A stretch of DNA of 47,312 nt, from positions 1-47,312 of the forward strand of contig JAUCBJ010003587.1 in NCBI GenBank assembly GCA_032718475.1, in the 5' to 3' direction. This DNA comes from Nemertoderma westbladi. Its lineage: Eukaryota; Animalia; Xenacoelomorpha. Both the position numbers and the translations under genes were made by a program. Below, in pieces: positions 11,391 through 24,700 of the stretch (position 1 is the first letter of the stretch; every line of letters begins with the position of its first letter). Below the pieces are notes generated by a model. That model saw only the letters and a program-made list of their open reading frames with translations. It made no database searches and was not told where the DNA came from.

Positions 11391-12549
11391 TATAGCAAAC
11401 TTATCGATAAGGTCAATAATTATGTGCCGCCCTCTGTTCATTAACTCTTAGAGAACATAATATAGGCACTTATGTGATAAACATTATTGATGTATATAAA
11501 TTATTTTGAGTGTAACTTGAACGAAGGCGTGGACAATTGAACAGTCGTCTGAAGCTAAAGAGCTTCTTTCACTGTGCACTAGCACCACCATCTAGTTTAC
11601 TGTAGCTGATTATCTTGAACTAATGCATTATATTTCATGGCTGGTAGATTATCTCGGATCAATTATATTATTATAATGAATTCCTGACTAAGATCATAAC
11701 ACTGAATCGTTCTTATTTGCATTTCATTCATTTACCATATTATATCACGGAGGCGTTTATTCTGCATTTATCGGTTGAGCTCATTCGCTGGCGTAAAATT
11801 AACAAACTTGATGGGTTCTGCAGGTGGGGGAGTAGTGGGACTATAACGAAGTATGTTAGAATCATGATAGCATGTCGTCATACACCATGGTTCACTGTTC
11901 CTCGTTCAGGGGAAGTTTCAGGGATTTTTTACCTTTGAGTTCCACCTTCAAGAAGCTCATATTGTTGATATAATATGACATTATTACTTAAATAAAAACG
12001 TATCGGAAATTGTGTGTATTTTTATCAAGAAATTGGCAGGTTTTTAGCATGAGCAAAGCATGCATGAATATCCATGAATAATATATCCATGAATATGCAT
12101 TCATGCTATCTGTATTTCAGTTAACGGAAACGGGCAAAGAGCACTTTATCATTAAAATAGTGAAGGGAAAACTAATTTCCTGCACAAAAATACAAAATAG
12201 TTAAGGAGGGTTTTTCATTATTAAAACAGTGACAATAGTGAAATAATGTAGTATTTGTGATCAAAAAGATGTTATCTATATGATGTTTGATTATGAAGTG
12301 GGTTAATAAATTAGGTTTATTTTCATAATCATATTTCGCCATGATTTAATTTCACTGTAGCGGTCATTCAGACAAATAATGACTTATTATTCATATTCTA
12401 CTAGGTTTAGATTCAGAGACCAATTAAGGTGACAGGAAAATTATGCTTAACGCGGTGACAAGGGCAGCATTGAAGCTGCACATTGAGATGATATGCTGGC
12501 TTAACAAAAATATTTCACCACCACCATGCAATTCCCAATTAGCAAGCCC

Positions 12550-12700
12550 AATGCAGTGTGCATGCCGGCTATCAACAAAGTTGCACCGCCACTATCCACA
12601 GGCTGGTCCTCACGGCGAAAACAATGTCCTGCAAAGCGGAAGCGGCTTTGTTCAAGTGTCAAGCTTGGGGGAACCAATGGGACACCGCCAATGTGCCACC
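12550..12700 (-). mobile_element. Diverged 3' fragment related to RTE family A
   Basis: GGCTGGTCCTCACGGCGAAA..TGTCCTGCAAAGCGG..GTGTCAAGCTTGGGGGAACCAATG matches 3242-3320. Confidence 0.75.
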
Positions 12701-12998
12701 AAACACTATTGAGTTAAGAAGTTCAGGCACTCGGACACTGCTTCACTTACGGGGGTGATTTGATTAAAAACAAAAACCATCAAAAAACAACATTTACATA
12801 GTACAGTCTATATATTAAGTATTGTCAAGATTATATGCTTGTTGGTAACATAGAGAATATCTAATATGATAAGAAATAGTTAGGCGTATGGAAATAAAAA
12901 CATGTACCAAATATGATAAAATATATTAAAACGTATGGAAATAAAAAACAGTACAAATGTAATTATATATTACCAATTTAAAAATGACTTTGAAGACA

Positions 12999-13181
12999 TA
13001 ACATAATTAATTAAACAGTGACTGAATTATATGAAATAACATAATTAATTAAACAGTGACTGAATTATATGAAATAACATAATTAATTAAATAGTGACTG
13101 AATTATATGAAATAACATAATTAATTAAATAGTGACTGAATTATATGAAATAACATAATTAATTAAATAGTGACTGAATTA
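12999..13181. repeat. 38-bp tandem repeat, ~5 copies, in the 3' region of the CR1
   Basis: Unit TAACATAATTAATTAAA(C/T)AGTGACTGAATTATATGAAA. Confidence 0.9.
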
Positions 13182-13199
13182 TTTGAATTAATTAACCCC

Positions 13200-16100
13200 A
13201 GTGATCAACTGAACAATATAACTTCAGATTATAATTACTTAATCTACGAGAGAAAATTTGCAAATTTTTAGCACAAACAACATCTTGTGATAAGTAATTC
13301 CAAATTGGCACGATACGATAATTAAAATAATTCTTACACAGTTGTAGTCTACAATAAGGAATATAGAGTTTCTATGTATGACCATGGAGCCAGCCCTCTT
13401 ATGGGTGGCGCCTGCGTAAATAATTTATCGAAATTTAGGTCTATAAGACCGTGATACATACAATAAAGCATTTTCAAATCGAAAATTATTCTTCTTACTT
13501 CTAGATGTTGAAGAGACAGTACATCTTGGCACTCACAGTAGGGCACGTAATTTAATTTGCACCTGTAATATAGTCTACGTGTTAAATAGTGCTGGGCCCA
13601 TTCAACTAGATTAATAATACCTGACTTAGTAAAAGGAGACCAAACAGGAGTACAGTACTCTAAAATCGACCTTACTGTGTAGACTTGTATCCCGATAAAA
13701 ATGCGGCTTTATTAAACGATTTAATATTTCGAAAAAGCATATTATTTATAATTTTGTACGCTTTACCAACCTGCTGCTTACAGTAGTTACAGTATTAAAC
13801 TTAAAACCATTACTAACAATAATACCTAGATCTTTGCAGTACTTTTCGTACTTTATTTCACTACCATTTAAAATATAACTGAAACTTTGATTTGTGGTAC
13901 TAACATGAACAACTGTACACTTACTTATGAGCACCAACATTTAACTGCCACTTATTTGCCCATATCTCTCGTAATTTAAGCGCACTGGCTAATAAGTCAC
14001 AAGCAGTGGTAGGAGTTTGACATCATCAGCAAATAATTTAACATCAATGGCCAAAAGAAAATCGGGTAGGTCATTAATAAATAATAAAAAAAGCCCCTGG
14101 CCAAGGATACTTCCTTGTACTGTGCCAATAACTGAACAATAATCTGAAAAAGTGTTATCAATTAAAACTAGCTGCTTTCTATCAGGTAGAAAGGCTTTCA
14201 ACAACAGCAACAAATCACCAGTAAAATCATAACTTTCTAGCTTAGTGAACAATTTAGTAGTAACTACTGAGTCAAATGCCTTAGCAAAATCGATGTAAAT
14301 TATATCAATATTATGTTTACTGTCAACTAATTTGTTGAGTACATGTGGATTTTCGTTGTAGGAAACCATGCTGGGCTTTGGAAATTATTTTGTTCCTAAA
14401 TAAGTAACCAGTAATATATTTTTTAATACATTGTTCCATAATTTTACACGAAATACAAGTGAGACTGAGCTAGATTTCCTTTTTTAAAAAAGGGGGATAA
14501 TATCTGACATCAACCAGATGGCTGGCAACGAGTGCTTGGAAAGTGGGATGTTGAATATGATTGACAGCAGAGAGGCAAGCGCGCATGCTAACTTGAAAAA
14601 AATTATTGAGGATAGATTGTCTGGAGTTCTACCATTTTTAGGTTCAAGCTGTCGCAATATACAGTAGTTAGAACATGAATGGGGCTGAGATCAAATGATA
14701 GACTGATGTTGTCCAGTACTTTATGAGGGAAATTGCATGGAATTAGCGCGCCGTTGTCATCAGAAAAAATTTCAGAAAGGACCTTGGCAAAGATTGCCGC
14801 TTTCATTTCACTGTCAACAATCGTTTCTCCTGTGTATTGTATTTGTATATTGTGTTGTATCCTTTGTATTTGTCGCACGAACCACCGCTTGTGACACTAT
14901 CTTGGCTGATCGTCTGTAGGCTTCCAATCCACCTGGAGAATTGCGCCATTGTCATATCATAATAACAGTTAATAGCCATTTCTGGAGCTTTCTAACATAG
15001 CTAGGGTAAATTTTCTTTCTTTTGCGTTTAAATAATTTGTATGGGATAAAACGATCAATACCATCCTTTAAGCCGTTTGCTGCAACTATTGTAGTATACA
15101 GAAATGCATGGTTCGTAAACAGTCCTCCAATCTGTATCTCTGAGATAATCATTGAAACTGACCACCGTTGCAACTCACCGCCGAACTTAATTGCTGTTGC
15201 TAAAATCGTAGAATCCTGCTAGGTCAACCAAATTAGCAGTGGAATATTGTGGAGAGGTGGTTGATATAAGCAAATTAAACACGATTTGTTGACTCCAAGG
15301 ATGTCAACAGCAACAACTTCAATGTCTATGTCGGTTTTGGGAACTGGAAAGTCAACACGAACATAATTCAGATTGCCACTGATAGCAAGTAAAGCACCAC
15401 CTCTGGGTTTTAGTAGATCTGTATTATCTAAAAATCCTATAGTTGGAGTCACTTAGGATCTCTGAGTCACTGACAACATCAATTAACCAGGTTTCTGTAA
15501 CAGCAAGAATTTTGAAATTATGTGTGCAAAAAAGTTTGTCAAGGTCAGGCAGTTTATTCTTAATCAATTGGGCATTGAAGCAACAACAATTCAAATCATG
15601 GGTTTTAGGTTTTGAAGCTTGTGGGCGACGACCTCCCTCTAGAGGTTTCCCTGTTGACTACCAGAGGTAATAGCATTGTCTATCGGTGCTGGTCGAGTGG
15701 AATTGCTATGTTTGTTGTTCAATGCATTATCATGCAGTATGATTTGCACCGAAGGTATGCCTGTTCAGATTGCAGTAGGGTGAGGTCACTTGAGATAAAG
15801 ATCCCTGAAGAGGAGTTTTTCGAAACAATTTCTTCCGAATGATTACAGATTTGATCTCGAGTGAAGTAAGCTCGATAATTACCATGGAACTTTTTGTAGC
15901 ACTATCCACAGTTCTGGCCGGGAGGCGATAGATTATTCTCTTTAAAGGTTCAACCACATCGAAGGTTTCCAGAAGGAATGATTTAACGCATTGAACATCT
16001 TCAGAGGGATCTTCGGGAGCTCAAATCTATAAAAATGTTATTCTGGTGCTTTTTCTGCTCATTTACCTCTTCTTTAGAGACATCATCAAGAGTCAGAGGT

Positions 16101-16720
16101 GGCAGTTGTTGGCTGACCGCTGCATTGAAGCTCTTTTTCTTTCCACCAGGTCCAACTACAGTACAACTACAGTTTTGTATATTTGGGACATTATTGTTAT
16201 GGAGAGAATTCAGTTCGTTATTAATAGAATCGAAGTCGTGTTTTAAATATGTTTTCAAGCTGGATATCATAGACTTAAATTGTTTAGGACCAGAGCTGGT
16301 GCCATTGTCGATTGTTAACTTCCCCTTAACCTCGCATGGTGTGCATATTATTTTACAGTTCTTGCAGTTGGCGAGTATAAGGATTTCATTCAGGTGATAG
16401 ATTGAGACAGGCTGTATGGATCCATGCTCCACAGATCTCGCAACCTAAACAACTATTACCCAACACTGTTTTGGAACAGTGGCTACAGATGCTTGACGCT
16501 TCTGTCGAAAGTACCTTGGCCTTGGTACAGTTTTCATGGTGGGATTCATCAAGGAAGAAAGCAGAACAGTTCTTGCAACTAAACATTTTGGGCATGTCAA
16601 TTACTGGTGTCTCAGATCTTTGGGATGGAGCAGAAGGTTTATTCCTTTTCCATTTTGTGTTAACAGTACCGGTACTCATTTTTCATGAATTATCCAAAAT
16701 CAATATTAATAAATTAAAAT
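13200..16720 (-). mobile_element. Decayed near full-length CR1 LINE: PHD-finger ORF1 (~15730-16679) and APE-RT ORF2 (~13250-15600)
   Basis: PHD-like CSHCSKTV..CLGCEICGAWIHTAC. APE RGGALLAI, CLYQPP. RT YIDFAKAFDSV, VQGSILG..LFLLFINDLP, KLFADDVKL, KDLGIIV, and C-terminal LEVRRIIFDL. Many frameshifts and stops. Confidence 0.88.
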
Positions 16721-16779
16721 AAAATAATAATATTCAGTATGCCAGTAGATTTACAGTATTAATTTGTAGGTGGAATGTC

Positions 16780-17540
16780 AATAGTCTGATACCATTGTAC
16801 AATATCTTCTCTGAAACTAACAGCCTTGCAAAACAGTTCATGAATGAACCCCACTGTGAAGCCAATTCCTTCAATCCTGCCTGCTGCAGCCTGGGTTCTC
16901 TGTAACTTGTAATTAAAGGTGTGGTGACTCTTTAAGAAAACAACAACTCCTTACAGCGCATTGCAAATATAAGTAGTGACTCAATCAAATGGATAGCCTT
17001 CAGGTTAGGTTGCTTCATTGGATCCGGATTTTTAGGTTTTCGGTGGACTATGAATATCCTTCACTAACAAATGCAGCCCATTGGATGCACAGCCATGAAA
17101 AAATGTATTTGGGTAGTGGTCTTCCACAATTTTCCATGCTAGTTTATTGGTGTTAGTGCTGTTGATAACAGCACCCGCTACATCTTGATTCAGATTTAGA
17201 TTCCTCTAAATAATTAATAATTCTGGCAATATCCTGTGCTATACAAGCTCTGTAATGAGCTTGTTCACCAGTTGCTACCGATTCCAGAAATATTGAATTA
17301 AATTCACATGCTGCTATATAGTTGACAAGTGGTTCTCCATTAACATATGTCCTTGTATCAGTGTTTAAACAGACATAGTTTGCAGCAGCCAAATGTTTAT
17401 CTACACAGTCTTTAACGCTCATATAACAACTATATAATACTGTACCTCCAATTTGTTTCCTACTCGGTAGAGTAATCCAAGAGTGACAAATTTTAAAGGC
17501 ATTCTTCAGGATTGAATCTTCAGTTCGAACAAAGGACAAT
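16780..17540 (-). pseudogene. hAT-superfamily transposase remnant (DUF659-like)
   Basis: LPSRKQIGG..VCLNTD..VNGEPLVNYIA..IFLESV..H..IAQDIARII, followed downstream by FHGCASNGLHLLVKDI (the CxxH motif is degraded). Confidence 0.7.
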
Positions 17541-18158
17541 TCGCTTTGCTAAATTCTTATTCATCTGTAATTGTTCATGTTTAGTTAATGATGGTATAAC
17601 ACGCGACAATTGGAGCGAGATAATTGGAACTTTGGTTAAACACTACCTGTACTGGTAGTCCCAGATAGAGAACTTAAAGAACCTTCGGTTGTGGCTGTTG
17701 AATCAAAGGTAGGAGGCCTAAAGCACTAAAGCACGCATTTTAACATGCAAAACGATCCATTCCGGTAGCTGCTTAATCTGCTATAAGTCTAACTGTCAGA
17801 CTGTAGCTAGGGGGCTACCAAATATACAAATAACATAAATAATATATACCAAGTAGCCGTGGGTTGGTTACCTTTACTTCTTTTCATATATCAGTAGGCA
17901 TAGAGTGATAGGCCGGCCTGTCAGCCTGATTAATGTTTAATATTGAGATAACGAAAGCAGAAGCTTATTGCACCTGTTCAGTCAGAATATAACAACTTTC
18001 AAAATATTTAAACCGAAACTAAAGTACCTACCTACTACTACCTACTGTAGCACTAATTAAGATTGAGGTAACCGTGGTTCCAGTTGGAAATCTTATTTTA
18101 ATCAAGAAAAGCAATATTAAAGAAAAAATAAATAAACCCATGGTACGTTTCAATATAT

Positions 18159-18716
18159 CGTGACCATAGAGCTAGAACAACACATACCACAATTTTCAAA
18201 AAAAATTTTTTCACCAAAATTACTCAAGATGGCGTTCTACATCTTATGTTAAAATCCTAGACTTGTATGTCAGTCCGTTTAGGAGATATGGAAAACCAGA
18301 ACAACCCACACATCATAGAAGTTGAAAACTGTTAGAGGTAAAACAACACATACCACACTTTTCCCTATCATACTTTGCCAGGAAAAACACCATTCAATAG
18401 TCGAGGAATAACGTGAGTTCTTATGTTTCTGTGATAAAATCCTAGAGGTAAAACAACACACACAGACTAGAGTTAATGTTAAATTTCAGTATGTGTTGTT
18501 TTGTCTCTTTGGAAAATAACGAAAAAAACAGTTTTTTTCATTAACAAAATTTATTTTGAATGCTAGCCACTATTATAAAATGTATCATTGTATCTTCTCA
18601 GACCTCTGTCGAAAAAATCAGGAGACGGGATCCATATAGAGGGAAATGAGAAGGTTTTTTGCATTTTTCTCGAAACCACATTTTTTGGTGAGTGTTGTTC
18701 TGGCTCTTTGGTCACG
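18159..18716. mobile_element. MITE with ~30-bp TIRs and ATAT TSD (Sola1-like AWWT target, tentative)
   Basis: CGTGACCATAGAGCTAGAACAACAC.. / ..GTGTTGTTCTGGCTCTTTGGTCACG; ATAT at 18155-18158 and 18717-18720; internal AAAACAACACA repeats. Confidence 0.7.
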
Positions 18717-19081
18717 ATATTACAAATCATCTTCAGTAAATTTAAAACACAAACTCAAAATTTAAAAGACATCAGTATACAATATATATTAAGCCTAATT
18801 GTGTTAATAAAAAGTATGAATTGAGCATTGAGTAATGGTTAATGTTGTACAGTATACTTAGGCTATTGATAAACACATGAAAATTATTTATTGTAGTATA
18901 CCGTATAAATTGAATTAGAAGATTGACGAATAAACTACGGACAAATATATGATTACCATAATATTGTAGGAATATGGGGGTCAGTAGAGAGTTTACCTAA
19001 AAAACAAATACAGTACGTAATCAGTAGGAACAACTACAGTATAGTAAGGGGAAGTTTAGAAAAAAAATATAGTATACATAA

Positions 19082-19560
19082 TTAGAACAGGTGTAGAGGA
19101 AAAGAGGTACCTTGAACGTTAAGAGTGGCTCGATGCTTAGCAATTAGTAAACTTTCTTTAATGAGAAGGTCGTAGTTAGTTTTAGTAGGTGCATGAGCGA
19201 GGGGCATAAAGTCTTCCATAGAGAAGGAATGTACCCGACAGTATTTTTTTTTGGGGCCACTGTTTTCCCAGTTCATGGAGATAGACTTAAGTGCTCACAG
19301 TTTCTCACCTTAAAATATCTTTCGGTTTTACCGATGTAAGTATAATCATCGCAGATACCATACTTGAATTTATAAATGGTCAGTCAGAGGCCTGATGGAT
19401 CGAGGTAGTCTATCTGTCTATCCTAGAATCAGAAAAAACTCCCAAGTCGGTTTGATGGTTTAAAGACGTTTTTAAAATGCACTGTGCATAAGTCATTTAG
19501 ATATGATTTTTAAATGTTTGAGTAGGATGGAAGATAGTTCTCCAAGATATGGTAAGCATT
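19082..19560 (-). mobile_element. Penelope-like element remnant: GIY-YIG endonuclease C-terminus
   Basis: Hand translation gives LPYLG.., IYKFKYGICDDYTYIGKTERYFKVRNCEHLSLSP*TGK, then LLIKESLLIAKHRATLNVQGTSFPLHLF*. Confidence 0.85.
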
Positions 19561-20399
19561 AGATGTAGTTTCTTACCAACCGTTAGTTCAGTGTGGGGGG
19601 TTTAGTGGTTTAGTTAGTTTAGTAATCTACATGATAAATGTAAATGCAGCATCAAGATTGTTAATATTAAAAAATATTTTTTTAATCCTTTACATTTACA
19701 TTTGAAAATGCATTACTCTACTGTATAAAATTTGAATAAGTATACAATAGGGGTATTTCATTATCATTAGGCTGTTAGGTACCAGTAATACTTGTGTTTA
19801 ATTAATAATTAGGCTTAACATACAGGCCCACCGGTACAGTGTTAGTGTTGGCTTAGGCCTATATAATTAATTCATACTTAATACATAGTTACTTTCGGAC
19901 TTTACACAGTCTACCCAGTGTGTTTACTAACACAGTAACGTACCAGTACTATATAACATAATAAGAATAGGCCTATTAGCTGACTGGCTGATTAGTTAAA
20001 ATAAATTTTCAGCTCGGCATTATGACAGCGACAGTATGGTTAAATGATAGAGAGAGACATTTGACTGTCTGAAGAATTGAAAGGGAAAATAAATGCGAGA
20101 AACACGAAATTCAAATAAACGGCGGAGCGAAATTTTTTTGTGTATTTTCGTGATTTCAATTAATTTGTCTCATTTACCTGTCTCACCCGAACGTGCACCT
20201 GTCTCACCCGAACGTCTGAACGTGAATGTGCATCAATGTGCAATAATTTAAACAAAACTCTATTTAAGCAGTATTAATAGTACACTACACAGTACTATGA
20301 TTTTAAAGAAAATATTTTTAAATATAAATTTGGCAAATAGTATTAAATAATAAACGTATTTTTAACTTTTAACCGCCCAGTAATAAAAACCTATAGTTT

Positions 20400-20845
20400 T
20401 TCTTTTTTATTTCATTAATTTTATCCTACTACTTATATCTTATGCCGACCAATTATTTTATTTTATCATGTTAGACAGACTTGTTAGTGACGGATTTCTT
20501 TGCTTTAAAAAAAACCAGACCTACAAGGGGACCCTCATGGAAACGAGGTTATACCTCATGAGGCTATCCTCTACACCAAGTAGTAGCTTGACAAATTTTT
20601 AAACTTGTAAATATCACGTACCTAATGTTTTTACTTCATATATCGCCTACTGTCAGACTGTAAATATCTATCGGATCAATTGTGCATATCTCTGTATCTT
20701 TACTTATTGCTGTATTGTGCCTTGTGATGTATGCGATCGTTGATACTGTACCTATGTGATCTTCTTAACGTATTATTGTGTATTTTACTCCAGTATCACT
20801 TATATTTTAATGAGCCTTTGGTGTAAATAAAAAACTTCAACTTCA
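20400..20845 (+). mobile_element. Probable 3' UTR fragment of an L2/CR1-group LINE
   Basis: Stem-loop GGACCCTCATGG..CTCATGAGGCTATCC and terminal AATAAA followed by (ACTTCA)2. Confidence 0.35.
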
Positions 20846-21133
20846 TCTGGTTCGCGGTCATTCATGCAGGTATGCGTCCGACTGTCCGAGTTTTGCAGCA
20901 TGAATTCTGGCATCTGGGGTGGCCCCTCAGATATGAAAGATATGGCCTCCTAAACATATTATCAATAGACCTACCAAAATCTATCTGTCTATAGCATCAT
21001 GAAATAAATTATAAACTGTAGTTAAGTCATTGTGGATAGGATCTGCTTGTACTGCTACTGCAGCAGCAACAGCAACTGACTCTGACAGACTGATGGCAGT
21101 ATCTTACTCGTTTAGTATTGGATAGGCCTACAT

Positions 21134-21715
21134 GACCGAACGTAATCAGGATCGAATGTAACTTAGTTATTGCGTATCGAACGTAACCGCAATTATGTTA
21201 CATTGGATCCTATAACTATGTTACATTCGATCTACAAATTACTAAGCTCGAATGTAACATTGCCATTTACAGATTTAAAGGAACAGGTAACTGAGGCGTG
21301 TTGGGGGAACCAAAACAATAAACGAAAGTCAGAAAGTTAAAACATGTTACAAGATTATGCAGGTTACTTTTATTTAAAGGCTGAAAGGAGCAGGTTACAG
21401 AGGCGTGTTGGGGGAACCAAAACAATAAACGAAAGTTAACACAGTTACAAGATTATGCAGGTTACTTAATTGGGTCTTGGCTCTTTGTTTTGTACTCAAC
21501 TCACCAACACCAAACTGTTTCTTCCTGTAAATAAACGAAGCATTTCATCGGTTAACTCCTGAAATCAAAACACAACTGAAATAAATGTATGTTACATTCG
21601 AACTTAGTAATTTGTAGATCGAATGTAACATAGTTATAGGATCCAATATAACATAATTAAAGTTACATTCGATTCGTAAAAACTATGTTACATTCGATCC
21701 TAATTACGTTCGGTC
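21134..21715. mobile_element. Foldback MITE with ~125-bp TIRs and an internal ~105-bp direct repeat
   Basis: GACCGAACGTAATCAGGATCGAATGTAAC.. / ..GTTACATTCGATCCTAATTACGTTCGGTC; repeated TGTTACATTCGA motifs; GAGGCGTGTTGGGGGAACCAAAAC occurs twice. Confidence 0.8.
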
Positions 21716-21720
21716 TGTCA

Positions 21721-24700
21721 TCCCATATACTTGGCTGCAGGGGTATATGGCCTGACCAGGCAGATGGTGATCTACCAATGGCTGGTCAGGAGTAGAGTGT
21801 TCTCATGTCCACTCTGAGAGCACTTCACTGCGACCTGTACCTGGCAGCAAGGGTACAGGGCATGACCCAGCAGATGAGCTGCAACAGCCAATGGTGGGTC
21901 ATGTGCGCCAGAGTAGATATGGGTGATGGGCCTCATATCTGACTCCATTGCGACACCCACCCTGTGGAATGGCAAACCAGGGTGTGGTATTTGCCCCGAG
22001 AGCTGACTCGGCAAAAAAGCACCCCCCAACCCCCACTATGGATTACATTAGCAATGCGGAGGTCCGGCCACCAGAGGCCAGTGGAATTACCGGACACAAT
22101 CGGCCTCACAGGCGTCAGTTAACTCCTGACCGGCTGCCTGGCTCACCCCCTACTGGAGAGAGAGCAGCCAACAATTCTTTGAGTCCCTTTCCTGATGACC
22201 TTTCTGGCCCAAACCCTGGGTCACCAGGAAGGCCAGATTGTGATGGGGAGAGGGATTCTGGAGTTGGAGGCTACTCTCATGTTCCACCCCGACCAACAAA
22301 GCCATTGGTGAATCTGAGGCAAGTCACAAGACTAGCCTCAGTAAACACCCTAACACTCGGGTCCCCAATGCGACAAGGTGAGCTGACTGCCTTGGCAGAT
22401 AAGCTTTCTCTTAGCGCAGTGGGTGTTCAAGAGCACCGAATGCAGACTGGACAGACTGATGAGGTTCTGATTAAGGACATGGGGGGCGGTTGGCGACTCG
22501 CCCTCGCGTCAGCAGATGATAGTGGCAATGGTGGAATTGGTCTATTGATGAATCCAACTGCACATGCAGCATTGGACAAAATAGACCAAATCTCTAACCG
22601 CATCATCCGTTGCCACTTTTCATGTTCTGGAAGACTGGCTAAGAAGTTTCCTAAGGTGGTTCTGGTTGTGTGCTACTCTCCAACTAGTGTTGCTCCTGTA
22701 GAGGAGGTGGAAAATTTCTACCACAATCTACAAGCAGCTACTGATGGAGTGGATCAGCATGCATTCTTAACATTCCTGGGAGACTTTAATGCGAGTCTGC
22801 ATCAATCACCTACATCGCCCTGGGTCTATAGCAATAGTGTTAACCGAAATTCTGTCCATCTTCAGGATTTTATCTCTGGAAATGGATTGTTTTCGGCTGG
22901 AACCCAGTTCAAGAAGCGAACTGGAAAGCTATGGACTCATAGTGGACCCAGTGGTCACAAGTCCCAGATAGACCATATTCTGTTTCGTAGGAAATACAGG
23001 AGCTCTATACAAGACTGTAATGCATTTACACTTCGACCATTCTCCAGTGATCACCGCCTTATTGTGGCCAAGGTAAGACTTAGTCTGCGTGCTAGCAGAA
23101 CAACGAAATCTGCCTTGCCGCGGCATGACTGGTCCTCTCTGTTGCAACAGCCAAGTGTGAGATCCAGCTTCACACTACAGCTGAGCAACAGGTATGAGGC
23201 TCTTGCCTCTGAGGCGGCAGATCACTGTGAGGGCTATACTGCCTTTACAGAAGCAGTTAAGTTAGCAGCTGCAGAAACAGTTCCTGTATACCCTCGAAAC
23301 AGGAAAAGGGCCCCCTGGACTGACAACGAAATTCAGAAGTGCCGAAATGACCTTCATAAGGCGCAGAAAGAGTCCCGACTAAAACAGACTACAGCGGCCA
23401 AGAATGCAGTTAAGGCTGCATCTAGGTCGCTGAACAGGCAGTACTCTGCTAATCTACAGGAGCTAATAAACCAACAGGTTGATGCCATCAATGATGCTGA
23501 CGACAGCAGGCAATCATCCCAGGCATGGAAATCGATCAATCTGCTTACTGGGCGGAAAAGCCAACCAACCACCAAGGTTAAGGCTGAATCACCAGCCGAT
23601 CGCCTCAATGGTTGGAAAGCCCACTTTGAAAAGCTCCTCAATAATGACAGGGTATTGCCTGATAACTTTATAGAAGTAAAAGTGTCTGAGTCTGTACTCC
23701 CAGATATTCCCATTGGCGATATCTCTTTTGCAGAAGTGAAGGCTGCTGCAAAGAGCATTAAGACCAATCGTGCCAGTGGAGTAGATGGTGTTCCCCCTGA
23801 GGTCTTTAAAATACCTGAGTGTTTAAAGCTCATCTATCCCATCATAGTAGACATGTACCGAACAACAAGAGTCCCACAAGAAATGAAAACAAATAAGTTG
23901 GTGCCAGTTCCCAAGAAGGGCAACCTAACACTCTATGGTTCTTTTCGGGGAATCTCATTGATCTCGATTGCTGCAAAGCTATACAATAGGATTCTATTAA
24001 ATCGCATCAGGGATCCCATTGAGAGACTGCTCCGTGGAAATCAGAATGGGTTCCGTAAAGGTCGTGGGACCATGGAGCCCATTTTGGCACTTAGAAGGAT
24101 AATTGAAGAGTTATCAAAAAAGAAAGACAGGCATCTGGCTGTTATCTTTGTTGACTTCTTCAAGGCCTTTGATTCAGTCTCTCGCTCACGTATGTTCAGC
24201 ATACTTTCATTATATGGGATTCCTGATGAAATTATTGCAGCAATCAGATCAGTATACGATGGTTCGACAACATTTGTGTCTACTGTTGACGGTGACACAG
24301 AACCATTTGAAGTGTTATGGGGTGTCCTCCAAGGAGACACACTTGCACCATTCTTGTTCATTATTGTGGTTGACTATGTTCTACGCATGTCCTTAGATCA
24401 TTATAATGATGATGGGGTGATGATAACTCCACCTACTGGCTCCAGAAGTCGAGGAAATCCTGCCAAGTACCTAACTGATCTAGACTTTGCTGATGACTTA
24501 GGAGTACTCTCAGAATCATTAGAGGGAGTCCAACGGCTCCTCAGCTCATTAGAACATGCTGCTTCTAGTGTTGGTCTTTTTATTAACTCCAGAAAGACCA
24601 AAATTCTGACAGTTAACTTTGAAAGTCCTCAGCAAGTCTCTGATCGGATGAGCATAAGCTCAAAGGATGGTATGCTTGAGCATGTGGACGACTTCTGTTA

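Noticed and set aside
15801-15840. CTGAAGA..GAAA hammerhead-like string
   Set aside because: No stem I partner and no stem III/NUH; it lies antisense within CR1 ORF1.
17495-17530. Minus-strand CTGAAGA-TTCA..TGAA-GAAT hammerhead-like string
   Set aside because: GAAT instead of GAAA and no stem I; it is part of the hAT transposase remnant.
21721-21800. HDV-like ribozyme at the RTE 5' end, as known for some RTEs
   Set aside because: I could not build the nested double pseudoknot by eye; the region folds as simple consecutive hairpins. A covariance search is needed to exclude it.
21948-21968. ORF start at 21948 as given in the ORF track
   Set aside because: The codon is TTG, inside the structured leader; ATG at 22038 or 21969 is more plausible in a eukaryote.
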